Of a stretch of DNA of 64,000 bases, positions 10,005 through 19,716 are shown one piece after another. Made by a program: the position numbers and the translations under genes. Position 1 is the stretch's first letter. Each line of letters starts with the position of its first letter. Under the pieces are notes generated by a model that was given only the letters and a program-made list of their open reading frames with translations, made no database searches and was not told where the DNA came from. Source of the stretch: Kofleriaceae bacterium (GTDB taxonomy: Bacteria; Myxococcota_A; Polyangia; Haliangiales; Haliangiaceae); the NCBI GenBank assembly GCA_965215005.1, contig CBDCCZ010000004.1, positions 288,001-352,000 on the forward strand, in the 5' to 3' direction.

Positions 10005-11087
10005 ATGTCCAGACGGAACCCCAGGCCAACCGATGTCCTGGTGGCCGAGAGCCCGGTCATGCAAGCCGTGGTTCATCGGGTCACCGAGCTCGCCGAAGGC
10101 GACGCTCCGGTGCTGATCCAGGGAGAGCGCGGCTCCGGGCGCGAGCTCATTGCGCGGGTCTTGCATCTGTCGAGTCGGCGGGGCCGTGCCGAGTTCGTCG
10201 CGGTGCACGCCGAGCTCGCTCCGAAGGTGCTGCACTACGACGCCGCACGCGCTACCTCGGCTTCGACCTTGCGCTCTGCCCAGGGCGGCACGCTGCTCAT
10301 CAAGGACGTGTGCGACCTGCCGATCGAGTCGCAGCGCCGGCTGCGCGAGCTGCTCGGCTGCGGCGAGGCGGCCGCCGCGGAGGCTTCGAAGGATGGGTAC
10401 GACGTGCGGGTGGTGGGCTCGTGCGATGCGGTGCTCGGCGCGGCGGTCGAGGCCGAGGTGTTTGCGCGCGATCTCTATCAGGCGCTCGAGCAGAGCGCGA
10501 TCGACGTGCCGCCGCTGCGCGAGCGCACCGCGGACATCGTGCCGCTAGCGGAACAGTGCTTGCGACACTTCGCGCGCGAGCTCGGTCGCGGCCGGATGTC
10601 ATTCTCAGCGCGCGGACACGAGCGCCTGTTGGCCTATCCGTGGCCCGGCAACGTCGCCGAGCTCAAGAGCATGACGCGGCGGCTGGTGTTATCGGCTAGC
10701 GCGCCGCGAATCGGCGCCGATGAAATCAACGCGCTGTTGCCACCGGTGACGCATCGAGTGCCGCTCGAGGACATCTCGTTCGAGGAGATGATCAAGAGTC
10801 AGCTGGCGGAGTTTTTGCGTAAAGTCGAGGGCTACCCGATCGAGAACCTCTACGATGAGGTCCTGGCACGCGTCGAAAAACCGCTACTGGACCTAGTCAT
10901 GCAGCGCACCGGCGGCAATCAAGTGAAAGCAGCCGAGATTTTGGGTCTAAACCGCAATACATTGCGTCGGAAGCTCACGGAGCGGGGCATCAAGACGCCT
11001 GTGAGAGATGGCCGCGCGGTGAAAACGCGTCGGCAGACCAGCAAACGCAAGAGCACCACGCGCCGCGGCTCGCGACGCACCGGATGA
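10005..11087 (+). CDS. Degenerate sigma54-activator-like AAA+ domain plus Fis-type HTH regulator
   Basis: ATG at 10005 just after the dusB stop; GERGSGRE, PPLRER, YPWPGNVAEL; C-terminus LYDEVLARVEKPLLDLVMQRTGGNQVKAAEILGLNRNTLRRKL is Fis-like; no GAFTGA. Confidence 0.85.
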   Translation: MSRRNPRPTDVLVAESPVMQAVVHRVTELAEGDAPVLIQGERGSGRELIARVLHLSSRRGRAEFVAVHAELAPKVLHYDAARATSASTLRSAQGGTLLIKDVCDLPIESQRRLRELLGCGEAAAAEASKDGYDVRVVGSCDAVLGAAVEAEVFARDLYQALEQSAIDVPPLRERTADIVPLAEQCLRHFARELGRGRMSFSARGHERLLAYPWPGNVAELKSMTRRLVLSASAPRIGADEINALLPPVTHRVPLEDISFEEMIKSQLAEFLRKVEGYPIENLYDEVLARVEKPLLDLVMQRTGGNQVKAAEILGLNRNTLRRKLTERGIKTPVRDGRAVKTRRQTSKRKSTTRRGSRRTG

Positions 11088-11099
11088 GGGGAGGCAACC

Positions 11100-12626
11100 A
11101 TGGGACTCAAAGCTCGAACGGCCAGCGCCTCGACGCGCGAGGCGTCCACCACGACGACGGGCGCACGCAAGGCCGCGGCGAAGTCAAAGGCGACGGCGAA
11201 AGGGGCGGCAGGCAAGACCGCGAAGGCTCGCGCAGCGGGCAAGGGCGGCAAGGCGACCGGCAAGGCTGGGAAGAACGCCGCGGCGAAAGCGACGTCGGCC
11301 AAGGCGGGCGGCAAGGCTGGGAAGAACGCCGCGGCGAAGGCGTCGTCGGCTAAGGCGGGCGGCAAGGCTGGGAAGAACGCCGCGGCGAAGGCGACGTCGG
11401 GCAAGGCGGGCGGCAAGGCTGGGAAGAACGCCGCGGCGAAGGCGACGTCGGCCAAGGCGGGCGGCAAGGCTGGGAAGAACGCCGCGGCGAAAGCGACGTC
11501 GGCCAAGGCGGGCGGCAAGGCTGGGAAGAACGCCGCGGCGAAAGCGACGTCGGCCAAGGCGGGCGGCAAGGCTGGCAAGAACGCCGCGGCGAAGGCGTCG
11601 TCGGCCAAGGCGGGCGGCAAGGCTGGCAAGAACGCCGCGGCGAAGGCATCGTCGGGCAAGGCGGCTAAGGCTGCGGCAGGCAAGCCCGCGGCCGTCGCAA
11701 AGGCGGGCGCAAACGGCAAGCGCGGGTCTAACGCTGGCGGGGCGGCAAGCAGCGCGTCCGGGCGACGGACCACCGGCCGAGTGCCGGAGGAGACCACGGC
11801 TGCCGGCGCTGGTGCACGCGACTCGGCGTCCAACGGTCAAGCGCCTCGGTCGAAAGCCGCCAAGTCAAATTCGATTCCCGCACGCCGGGCGGCGGCGCGC
11901 GTGCAAGCGACCCCGGCGGGCCTTGCCTCCGAAGCGGTCATGGAAGAGGAAGTGCCGGAGGATGATGAGGCCTGGACGCCTGCGGACCGAGCCAACGCAG
12001 TGTCCGCGCGAGGGCGCGGAAGCGCCAGCGACGAGAAGCGCGACCTCAGCGATGACGATGAGCGCGACCTCGATGAGGAGGATGAAGACGAGGACGAGGA
12101 CGAGCCCACCGCCTTGAGCCGCGATGCTGGCGACGAAGATGAGCTGTCAGCCTCAGTCGATGACGAGGGTGAAGACGATGAGGACGAGGACGAGTTATCG
12201 GCCTCCGCCGGTGATGAGGAAGACGAGGACTTCGAGGAGGAAGACGAGGACGACATATCGGCCTCAGAAGCCTCCGAGGACGAGGACGATCCGGTGTCGG
12301 CCTATATCGCGCGGCTCGATGCCTCAGTTCGCGACGTCACTTCCACCCTGCGCACGCTGATCCGCGAATCGGCGCCGGACGCGACCGAATCTGTCAAATG
12401 GGGCATGCTGAACTACGCGCTGCAGGAGAACCTGTTGTACGTGGATGCCAAGCCCAGCCACGTGAATCTTGGCTTCTTTCACGGCGCTGAGCTCGACGAC
12501 CCGCACGGCCTGTTGCGTGGCGCCGGCAATAAGCTGCGTCACGTCAAGGTCGCCGATGAAAGCACCTTGGGCACCGATGCGTTGCGCGACTTGGTGCGCG
12601 CTGCCGTCAGTCGCGCGCGCAGCTAA
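11100..12626 (+). CDS. Histone H1-like Lys/Ala-rich protein with an acidic tract and C-terminal DUF1801 (YdhG-like) domain
   Basis: AKAGGKAGKNAAAKATS repeats, D/E-rich middle, C-terminal ESVKWG...HVNLGFFHGAELDDPHGLLRGAGNKLRHVKV. Confidence 0.8.
   Translation: MGLKARTASASTREASTTTTGARKAAAKSKATAKGAAGKTAKARAAGKGGKATGKAGKNAAAKATSAKAGGKAGKNAAAKASSAKAGGKAGKNAAAKATSGKAGGKAGKNAAAKATSAKAGGKAGKNAAAKATSAKAGGKAGKNAAAKATSAKAGGKAGKNAAAKASSAKAGGKAGKNAAAKASSGKAAKAAAGKPAAVAKAGANGKRGSNAGGAASSASGRRTTGRVPEETTAAGAGARDSASNGQAPRSKAAKSNSIPARRAAARVQATPAGLASEAVMEEEVPEDDEAWTPADRANAVSARGRGSASDEKRDLSDDDERDLDEEDEDEDEDEPTALSRDAGDEDELSASVDDEGEDDEDEDELSASAGDEEDEDFEEEDEDDISASEASEDEDDPVSAYIARLDASVRDVTSTLRTLIRESAPDATESVKWGMLNYALQENLLYVDAKPSHVNLGFFHGAELDDPHGLLRGAGNKLRHVKVADESTLGTDALRDLVRAAVSRARS
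11259..11666 (+). repeat. Coding tandem repeat, about 8 copies of 51 bp (17 aa GKAGKNAAAKA[T/S]S[A/G]KAG)
   Basis: ggcaaggctgg(g/c)aagaacgccgcggcgaa.gcg.cgtcgg.caaggcgggc repeated head-to-tail with no spacers. Confidence 0.92.
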
Positions 12627-12927
12627 TCCCGCAATCCCGGGCCGCCGCATCCTCGACGTGCGGCGGTCCCTCGGACCGCCCGTGCGGCGGTCCCTCGGCT
12701 CGATACCGACGTCTTTGCATGACGCACGCGCTTCACGTGGTCGAGCGCCGCGGCTCTCGAGTGCGCCGCTCCTACCACAGTGTGCTGGCGCCGTTGTCGC
12801 GTCCGGCCTTAAGCGTGGGCGCCAGCAGTGTCGGCTGCTGCAGCGCCTGATCGACCGCGACTTGCGCGACTTTCGCTGCCTTTGTGATGCCCGCACCTTA
12901 GCTTTGCGTCGGTTTAGTCGTTCCTGC

Positions 12928-12955
12928 TTGACACGGACTTCTCCTATCGCACACT
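12928..12955 (+). promoter_or_regulatory. Possible sigma70-type promoter upstream of the mini-CheA gene
   Basis: TTGACA at 12928-12933 followed 16 nt later by CACACT, in a long intergenic region. Confidence 0.25.
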
Positions 12956-13090
12956 GCTAAGTCTTGGGACGAGATGCCACGATAACGCCTCCGGCGTATA
13001 AGGCACGAGCCAACGGTCTCCTCGGCATATTCTCATCTCACCATTGGCGCGGCGGAATGGTCGGTTCCCTTCAACGGAAGGCGCGTTGAC

Positions 13091-14032
13091 GTGTTCTTCG
13101 GCGTTCACGCTCCCGACCAGCGCTTGCAGGCATTGTTCTGCTCAGAAATTGCCGAGCAGGCTGGCGCCCTCGAGACCATGAGTCTGCAGCTTCTCCAGGG
13201 CCTCGACCGTCTCGACGGGGTCACCCACCTCCTGCACGGTCTCAAGGGCGACTGTCAGGTCATGGGCCACGCCGACCTGGTGGCCCACCTCGACCGGCTG
13301 GAAGATGAGCTCCAGGGTGTTCGCGCCGGCCATCGCGAGCTTCACGCCGTTGCGCCTCGATTGCTCGAGGTCGTCGAGCGACTCCGAGCTGTCGCCGGCG
13401 TTGCGCGCCCCCACGGCGACTTCGCTTCCACCACCAGCGATGCCTGGCGAGCCGGGCTCGTCGTGTGGCTGCTGCGCGTCGCCGCACACGCCGCGGAGCG
13501 TGTCGAGCATCCGGCGGAGCTGCTCGTGACCTGCGGCCTCGGTGACTACTCGGTCGAGCCCGCGCATCGTCGGCTGCTCGTCGAGGTCTTGCCGCACCTG
13601 ATTCGCAACGCCGTCGTTCACGGTATTGAGCCGGCCTCGGTGCGCCAACAGCGTAGCAAGCCGCCTCTGGGGCGGATCGAGCTCGTGCTCCGCCACACCG
13701 AGAGCACTCTCATCGCGAGCATCTCCGACGATGGTGGCGGCTTCGACGACGCTGCCTTGCTCGCCTCGGCCGCGCGCATCGGGCGGGTCGCCTTCGCCAA
13801 CGCCGCGGCACTCGATGGTCCGGCTCGCCATCGCCTGGCGCTGGAGCTTGGCGTCTCGACCCGCGCCAGCTCCCTCTCCGGTCGCGGCATTGGCCTGCAC
13901 ATCGCTGCCACAGCGACCGAAGCCGCCGGCGGCGCGATCGACATCGCCACCGGCGCCTCCACCGGCACCACCGTCACGATCTCCCTGCCTGCGAGCACCT
14001 CCCCCCGCCGCGACGTCGCGTTCTCCGACTGA
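13091..14032 (+). CDS. Hpt plus HATPase_c (minimal CheA-like) protein
   Basis: LLHGLKGDC (Hpt His), HLIRNAVVHGIE, SDDGGG, SGRGIGL; lacks a CheW domain. Confidence 0.8.
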   Translation: MFFGVHAPDQRLQALFCSEIAEQAGALETMSLQLLQGLDRLDGVTHLLHGLKGDCQVMGHADLVAHLDRLEDELQGVRAGHRELHAVAPRLLEVVERLRAVAGVARPHGDFASTTSDAWRAGLVVWLLRVAAHAAERVEHPAELLVTCGLGDYSVEPAHRRLLVEVLPHLIRNAVVHGIEPASVRQQRSKPPLGRIELVLRHTESTLIASISDDGGGFDDAALLASAARIGRVAFANAAALDGPARHRLALELGVSTRASSLSGRGIGLHIAATATEAAGGAIDIATGASTGTTVTISLPASTSPRRDVAFSD

Positions 14033-14112
14033 CGCCGCGGCGCGTGCGATGCGATACAGTGCCTGTCGTTGCGGCCGCTCTTAGAGCTCTGCCGTCGCAG
14101 CAAGCTCTGCTC

Positions 14113-14727
14113 ATGGGCCAGTTTTTCAACCTTCCCAATCTCGTCACCATGACCGGCATCGCTGCGGGCGTCGGCTGTGCCCTCTCCGCGGCCGCCGGAG
14201 CCGTCCCCGGTGCACTCGCTCTGCTGATCGTCGCCGGCATCTGCGACCTCTTCGATGGGCTGCTCGCCCGAAGAGTCGTCCTTACTGACCAAGCCCGACT
14301 CTTCGGAGCCCGCCTCGACAGCATCGCCGACATGGCGTCCTTTGGCCTCGCTCCCTCGGTGTTGCTCTATGCCGCCGGCCTGCAGTCGCCGCTGGAGGTG
14401 CTGCTCCTTATCCTCTTCACCGGCTGCGCCGCCTGGCGCCTGGCGTACTTCGATACCGTCGGTATGACGACGACCGGCACCACCAGCTACTACACCGGCT
14501 TGCCCACCACCTACGTAGCGCTCGTGTTGCCGCTCATGCTCCTCAGCGGCTTTCTAGGCGCGGCCACCATGCGGGTGATCGCAATCGTCACTGCTGTAAC
14601 GTTGGCCGCTGCCATGGTGAGCAGCGTGAAGATTCCCAAGCCGCGCGGCATTTGGTACCTCCTGTTTCCGCTGCTCGCCGTCGTGCTGCTCGTCGTCTAC
14701 GTATCCCTCGCCGACCGCTGGGGCTGA
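14113..14727 (+). CDS. pssA: CDP-alcohol phosphatidyltransferase (phosphatidylserine synthase PssA-like)
   Basis: LPNLVT; DLFDGLLARR...FGARLDSIADMASFG (DGxxAR...GxxxDxxxD); RLAYF...YTGLP. Confidence 0.8.
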   Translation: MGQFFNLPNLVTMTGIAAGVGCALSAAAGAVPGALALLIVAGICDLFDGLLARRVVLTDQARLFGARLDSIADMASFGLAPSVLLYAAGLQSPLEVLLLILFTGCAAWRLAYFDTVGMTTTGTTSYYTGLPTTYVALVLPLMLLSGFLGAATMRVIAIVTAVTLAAAMVSSVKIPKPRGIWYLLFPLLAVVLLVVYVSLADRWG

Positions 14728-14766
14728 TCGGGCATCGCCTGCGCGCTCGGGGTCAAGCGCACCCGC

Positions 14767-14997
14767 TCAGCGTACGTCGACTCCGGCGACGTCGTAGAGC
14801 TCGTCGATGGCAAACGCGAAGCCGAGCGATGGTAGCTCGAACACTTGACCGGCCATCGCGACGCTGTAAATCCACGCGGTCGCCGTTCGCCTCCAGACCT
14901 CGATGCGGCGCCGATCCTGCGCAACGAGGACGTACTCCTGCAGCGAATCGAGCTGCTGGTAGTAGACGCGCTTTTGCTCGCGATCGCTGCGAGTCCA
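14767..14997 (-). pseudogene. C-terminal remnant of a Uma2 (DUF820) endonuclease-fold gene
   Basis: TRSDREQKRVYYQQLDSLQEYVLVAQDRRRIEVWRR...IDELY is the Uma2 C-terminal half; upstream sequence is not Uma2-like. Confidence 0.75.
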
Positions 14998-15206
14998 GCA
15001 TTCACCAACGGCTGATCGGTCGTCGGCGCTGGGGTGTGGCAACGAGCCACCGCGACGTACGTGGCGAGGAACCCACGGTTTTTTTGCTCGTAACGCAGGG
15101 CCGCGGCCACGCAACGACTGGATCCCGGGTGCTAGCATGGAAGCGATTTGCGCAGCGCGGAGCTTCCTTGGAGGCTCGGGCGCGATAGGGGCGCGATCGG
15201 GGAACC

Positions 15207-15944
15207 ATGCCTACGATAGACACACGCGAGGTCGAATCGTTTTACAAGAGTGCAGCGCTGGGGCTCGGTGCGTTGGATGCCAAGCCGGGGCAGCGGCGGC
15301 GGTTTGGGGGGGAGGCGGATGCGCGGTGGAAGGGGTTTGCGGGGCAGCTGACGGCGGCGGATCGGCTCGATTTGGTGATTCGGGATGCGGCGGTGCAGCA
15401 TGGGGCGGGGTTTGCGCCGCGGGTGATCTTTGGGTTGCCGGGGCTGGCGGAGGATGAGCCGTTTGGGCCGGGGTGGACGGGTTGGGAGGTGCGCAAGAGC
15501 GAGGCGGTGTTTCGGCAGGTGACCGACTTCGACACGCAGGCTGCGTTGGCGGCGGCGGCGGGGGCGTGGGGGCTGGAGGCACAGGGGCTCGAGGCGGCGG
15601 TGCTCGCGGGCATTTCGCCGGCGAGTAAGGTTGTTGTGGCGGGGGCTGGGGCGATGTTGGCGCTGGCGGCGCATTTCGAGGGGGCGAGCAATCTGGATCT
15701 TGCGGACCAGGTGCTGGTCGTCGCTGGGCATCCGGGGGAGCGCCAGCTGTTTGGTTTGGCGGTGGCGCTGGTGGGGGGCTCGCGGGCGGCGCAGCTTTTA
15801 TCGCCCAGCGACGACTCCAAGGGGATGGCCAGCGCGGCGGAAGCTGCGGGCTTTGCGCAGGTCGACCTGGCGCTGATTTCTGCCGATGCGGCGCCGCACG
15901 AGCGCGCGGCGGCGGAGGGGTTGGCGGCGGTGCTGGGGGCGTAG
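15207..15944 (+). CDS. Hypothetical protein immediately upstream of pglW
   Basis: 245-aa ORF with a purine-rich RBS-like GGGGA; ends 26 bp before pglW. Confidence 0.75.
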   Translation: MPTIDTREVESFYKSAALGLGALDAKPGQRRRFGGEADARWKGFAGQLTAADRLDLVIRDAAVQHGAGFAPRVIFGLPGLAEDEPFGPGWTGWEVRKSEAVFRQVTDFDTQAALAAAAGAWGLEAQGLEAAVLAGISPASKVVVAGAGAMLALAAHFEGASNLDLADQVLVVAGHPGERQLFGLAVALVGGSRAAQLLSPSDDSKGMASAAEAAGFAQVDLALISADAAPHERAAAEGLAAVLGA

Positions 15945-15970
15945 CGCCAAGCACGCAGTCAAGTAACTGG

Positions 15971-18253
15971 ATGCTGTCGAACAACCGCATACTCGTGTCT
16001 GGGCAGTCGCCTCATCCCTGGGAGCAGGAGGCGATTGAGTTTGCCCGCAAGGCGCTGCCGGATCGCGATCCGATTTGCGTGGCGGAGCTGTTCGATTTGG
16101 TCGATGGCAGCGGGCGCCGCTACGACATCGATCTGCTGGTGATTGGCCGGCATGCGGTGTACGTGGTCGAGATCAAGAGCCACCCGGGAACCATCACCGG
16201 CGATAGTCGCGACTGGACTGTCACGTTTCCCACCGGCGGCAAGAAGATCCTTCCCAACCCGCTCGAGCTCACCAACTACAAGGCCAGAATTCTGGCCAGC
16301 TTGCTCCGCAAGCAGCTCGGCAATTCGTGTCCGTACGTGCAGGCGCTGTGCTTCGTTTCCGATCCGGACGTCAAGGTCGCGCTGGCCGGGCCGGCGCGCC
16401 ACGGCGTGGTCACGCGCAAGAATTTCCTCCGCGCCATCGACTATGGCGAGTTTCCCGGCGCGCCCACCAACCTCACCCGCCGGGTCATCGATCGGCCGAT
16501 GCTGCGCGACCTGCGCCAGGCCTTACAGACGATAGGCATCAAGCCGAGCGTTGGCGCTCTGCAGGTGGATGGCTTCCGCCTCACCGACCTCCTCGAAGTC
16601 ACCGACACCTATCAAGATCACCTGGGCATCAATGCGTCGATGCGCAAATTGCGCCGACGCATTCGCACCTACAACGTTCCGCGCACCACCACCCAAGAGC
16701 AGCGCGATCGCGTGGCTCGCGCCGCCGAGCGCGAGGCCCAGCATCTGGCCACGCTCTCCGACCACCGCCACATCCTCGGCCTGATGGGCTACCACCCAGA
16801 GGGCCCGCTCGGCGGCCCGTGCGTGCTGTTCGAGCACTTCGAAGACGCGGTCCCGCTCGATGCCTTCGTGCGCACCGAGAAGGAGCGCACCGGCGCCGAT
16901 CTGTCGCTCGACGACAAGCTCAGCCTCCTCGAGCAAATCGCCGACGCCCTCGACTATTGCCATCGCAAGGGCGTGTATCACCGCGGCCTGCACCCCGGCT
17001 CCATCTTGGTGCGTCGCGGCGAGAGCAGCCTGCAGGTGCGCGTCTACAACTTCCACCTGGCCGCGCGCGAAGGTGGAAGCCTGGGAACACGGCATATCTC
17101 CAACCTCGGACCGGACAGCTCGGTGGTCTATCGCGCACCCGAGGTCATCGAAAACCCGGACGCCGCCGAAGCCGCCAGCGATCTCTTTTCCCTCGGCGCC
17201 ATCGCCTATTTCCTTCTCACCGGCCGTCCGCCCGGCACCACCTTGGCCGAACGCCACGCGCTCATGGCCCCCGGCTATTTGTCGCTCGCGGTGGCGCGCG
17301 ATGATCTCAACATTCCCGCGATCGAGGAACAGAAGTCTCTCGAAGACATCGTCGCATTCGCCACCTTTATCAATCCCCTCGACCGCTACACCAGCGCTGT
17401 CAAATGGGTCGAAGAGCTACTTGCGGTCGCCACCGCGCCCGCCGAAGTTCCCGCGCCGACCTTCGTCCACCCGCTGCAAGCGCGCGCCGATCAGCTCATC
17501 GCCGCCGACATGCGCGTCGAAAAAGTCCTCGGCTCCGGCTCGAGCGCCCGCGCGCTCTTGGTCGCAACTAACGACGGCCAACGCGCGCTCAAAGTCTCGC
17601 TATCCGAAGACCACGACTACCGCCTCGAGCAGGAAGCCAAGGCCCTCCAGCGCCTCGATAGCTCGCGCATCGTGCGCCTCTACGAGGTGCGCCACTTCGA
17701 TGGCCGCCCCGGCCTGGTCCTCACCTATGGCGGCGACAGCCTCGCCGATTACCTCCGCGAGCACGGCCCGGTCAGCCTCGATTACGCCCGCCGCTGGGGC
17801 GATGACCTGCTCCTGGGCGTCGAAGAGCTCGAGCAAAAGCAGGTCCAGCACCGCGACATCAAGCCCGCCAACGTCGCCGTCGACGACGCCAGCTCCAAGC
17901 GCCAAAAGCACCTGCGCCTGTTCGACCTATCCATGACCGCGACCCCGCCGGACGCGTTCACCGCCGGCACCCCCGCCTATCGCGACCCATTCTTGCCGGC
18001 CCGCGGCGTGTGGGACGAAGCCGCCGATCGCTACGCCGCCGCCATCACCTTGCACGAGATGCTCACCGGCACCCGCCCGCGCTGGGGCGAGGACGACAAT
18101 CGATGTGGCGGGTCTGTTCGCCTGGTGCCGATCACGCCGGCGGTCATTGCCAATTCGGAGAATTCTGCTGATGTCCAACGAAACCTGTGGACCTGTCCGA
18201 TACGTCGCGAATCAAGTCAGCAGTGCGCGGCACTCGATTTATCGCTGGTTTAA
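15971..18253 (+). pseudogene. pglW: BREX-2/Pgl Ser/Thr kinase PglW, C-terminally truncated near 18100
   Basis: N-terminal NERD (YDIDLL...VVEIKSHPG), pseudokinase (HRGLHPGSILV), second kinase (LGSGSSA, HRDIKPAN, GTPAYRDPF). After TGTRPRWGEDD the codon style breaks and the tail looks like read-through; the long C-terminal region of PglW is absent. Confidence 0.82.
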
Positions 18254-18355
18254 TCGTGAGGCCTCGTCAACGAACGTCGACCGGCTTTGGCGCATTAGAC
18301 GGACCCACGCGGGCCACACCGCAAGTCACAGTCCCCAGCACGCTGGCGAGAAGGC

Positions 18356-18928
18356 GTGGACATGACAGGCGTCACGCCGACCGACTTCGACCGCTTGTTT
18401 AAGCTTCGCCTCGTCGTGGCTCGCCATGGCGAGATGGACGCGGCCAAGTGGTGGAATACACAGGGAATACTGGGTCGCCGCGGGGAACTGCTGCTCAAGC
18501 GCGGTTTCCCATCGACGCACTACTTCGCCCAGGCCCGCATTGTGTTCGAGGTGGCTAAGAGCCGGTGCCATGAGCTGTTCGCCCCGCCGGGCTGCATGAC
18601 GTTGTGGAGCTTGCCTGCCGAGGTGGAAGAGCAGTTTCAGGAGCATTGGCAGGGTTGGCTCGACGAAATCGACGAGTGGGCACCGGTGTTTCAGATGGTC
18701 GCGCATCACTCGGGCAAGGACCTGCTCGAAGCGCTCGGCGAGCTCGATCTTGTCGCTCAGCCCCAACTCGATGCGGTCGCGAAGCTCCGACGGTCGGCCG
18801 AGAATCGGGCGGTGCCCATCTCCGGTACGTTCCGCCCCAACGACGACATCATCACGCTGCTCGCTGCCGGATTCGCCCGCGGCGAGACCGGCAGCCCCGC
18901 CATTCCTTACGCGAGGCTGGAAGCGTAG
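18356..18928 (+). CDS. brxE: BrxE family protein
   Basis: LRLVVARHGEMDAAKWWNT...RGFPSTHYFAQAR...TLWSLP matches the BrxE family as I recall it; first gene of the cassette. Confidence 0.82.
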   Translation: MDMTGVTPTDFDRLFKLRLVVARHGEMDAAKWWNTQGILGRRGELLLKRGFPSTHYFAQARIVFEVAKSRCHELFAPPGCMTLWSLPAEVEEQFQEHWQGWLDEIDEWAPVFQMVAHHSGKDLLEALGELDLVAQPQLDAVAKLRRSAENRAVPISGTFRPNDDIITLLAAGFARGETGSPAIPYARLEA

Positions 18929-18930
18929 AC

Positions 18931-19716
18931 ATGGCGCAGTCCCGATCCAGCGTCGTCTCGTCGTTTACGATCATCAAAGGCTCCTTGATCGACCAGACCT
19001 ACGCGGTGTTCCGGGACTGGGACTTCGGCAAGTCTCGCACCGAGAACCTGCGCGGCGTCCGCGAGAACAACACCATTGGTGTCACGAGCACCCACTGGGC
19101 GCGCGACGTCGCGAAGGTCATAGGCCGCCGTTTCGACCCCACGGGCCGCGACCGCCCGCTGGTGAACCTCGCGATTGCAGGGTGCGAGCGAGACGTCTGG
19201 AAGCCGCTGCTCCTCTTCCACATGACCCGCGACGAGTTCCTGGTGCGCGACTTCTTGGTCCACTGGATCTACCCGCAGTTCGTCCAGGGCGCCCACCGGC
19301 TGCACACGGACAACGTCGCCAAGTACTTGGCTTCCCTCAGCAAGAAGAAGGGCATCGAGTGGTCCGGCAAATGGAGCGACTCCACGACCTCACGGGTGGC
19401 GTCGGGGCTCTTGCGTATAGCCACCGACTTCGGCCTGCTCACCGGCACACTGCACAAGGAATTCGCGTCGTATCAGCTGCCCGAGCAGAGCTTCATCTAC
19501 CTCCTTCATGCGATGGCGGACGTCGAACCTAACGCGCGGCGCATCGTCGACGCCGAGGACTGGCACATGTTCCTCATGGACACTCCAGACGTGGAGCGCG
19601 AGCTCCTGCGACTACATCAGTTTCGCAAGGTCCATTACGAGGTCGCCGGTAGCCTGGCCCAGCTCAAGCTGCCCCATGGATCCTCGGCAGATTACGCAAG
19701 GGAGCTCTGCGCATGA
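18931..19716 (+). CDS. brxA: BREX protein BrxA (DUF1819)
   Basis: SSFTIIKGSLI...WSDSTTSRVASGLLRIATDFGLL...WHMFLM; position between brxE and brxB. Confidence 0.8.
   Translation: MAQSRSSVVSSFTIIKGSLIDQTYAVFRDWDFGKSRTENLRGVRENNTIGVTSTHWARDVAKVIGRRFDPTGRDRPLVNLAIAGCERDVWKPLLLFHMTRDEFLVRDFLVHWIYPQFVQGAHRLHTDNVAKYLASLSKKKGIEWSGKWSDSTTSRVASGLLRIATDFGLLTGTLHKEFASYQLPEQSFIYLLHAMADVEPNARRIVDAEDWHMFLMDTPDVERELLRLHQFRKVHYEVAGSLAQLKLPHGSSADYARELCA

Noticed and set aside
11259..11666. Regular repeats as a possible CRISPR array
   Set aside because: Units are contiguous 51-mers with no unique spacers, are in frame within a protein, and no cas genes are present.
12658..12698. 17-bp direct repeat GTGCGGCGGTCCCTCGG x2
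   Set aside because: Only two copies with no associated feature; function unsupported.
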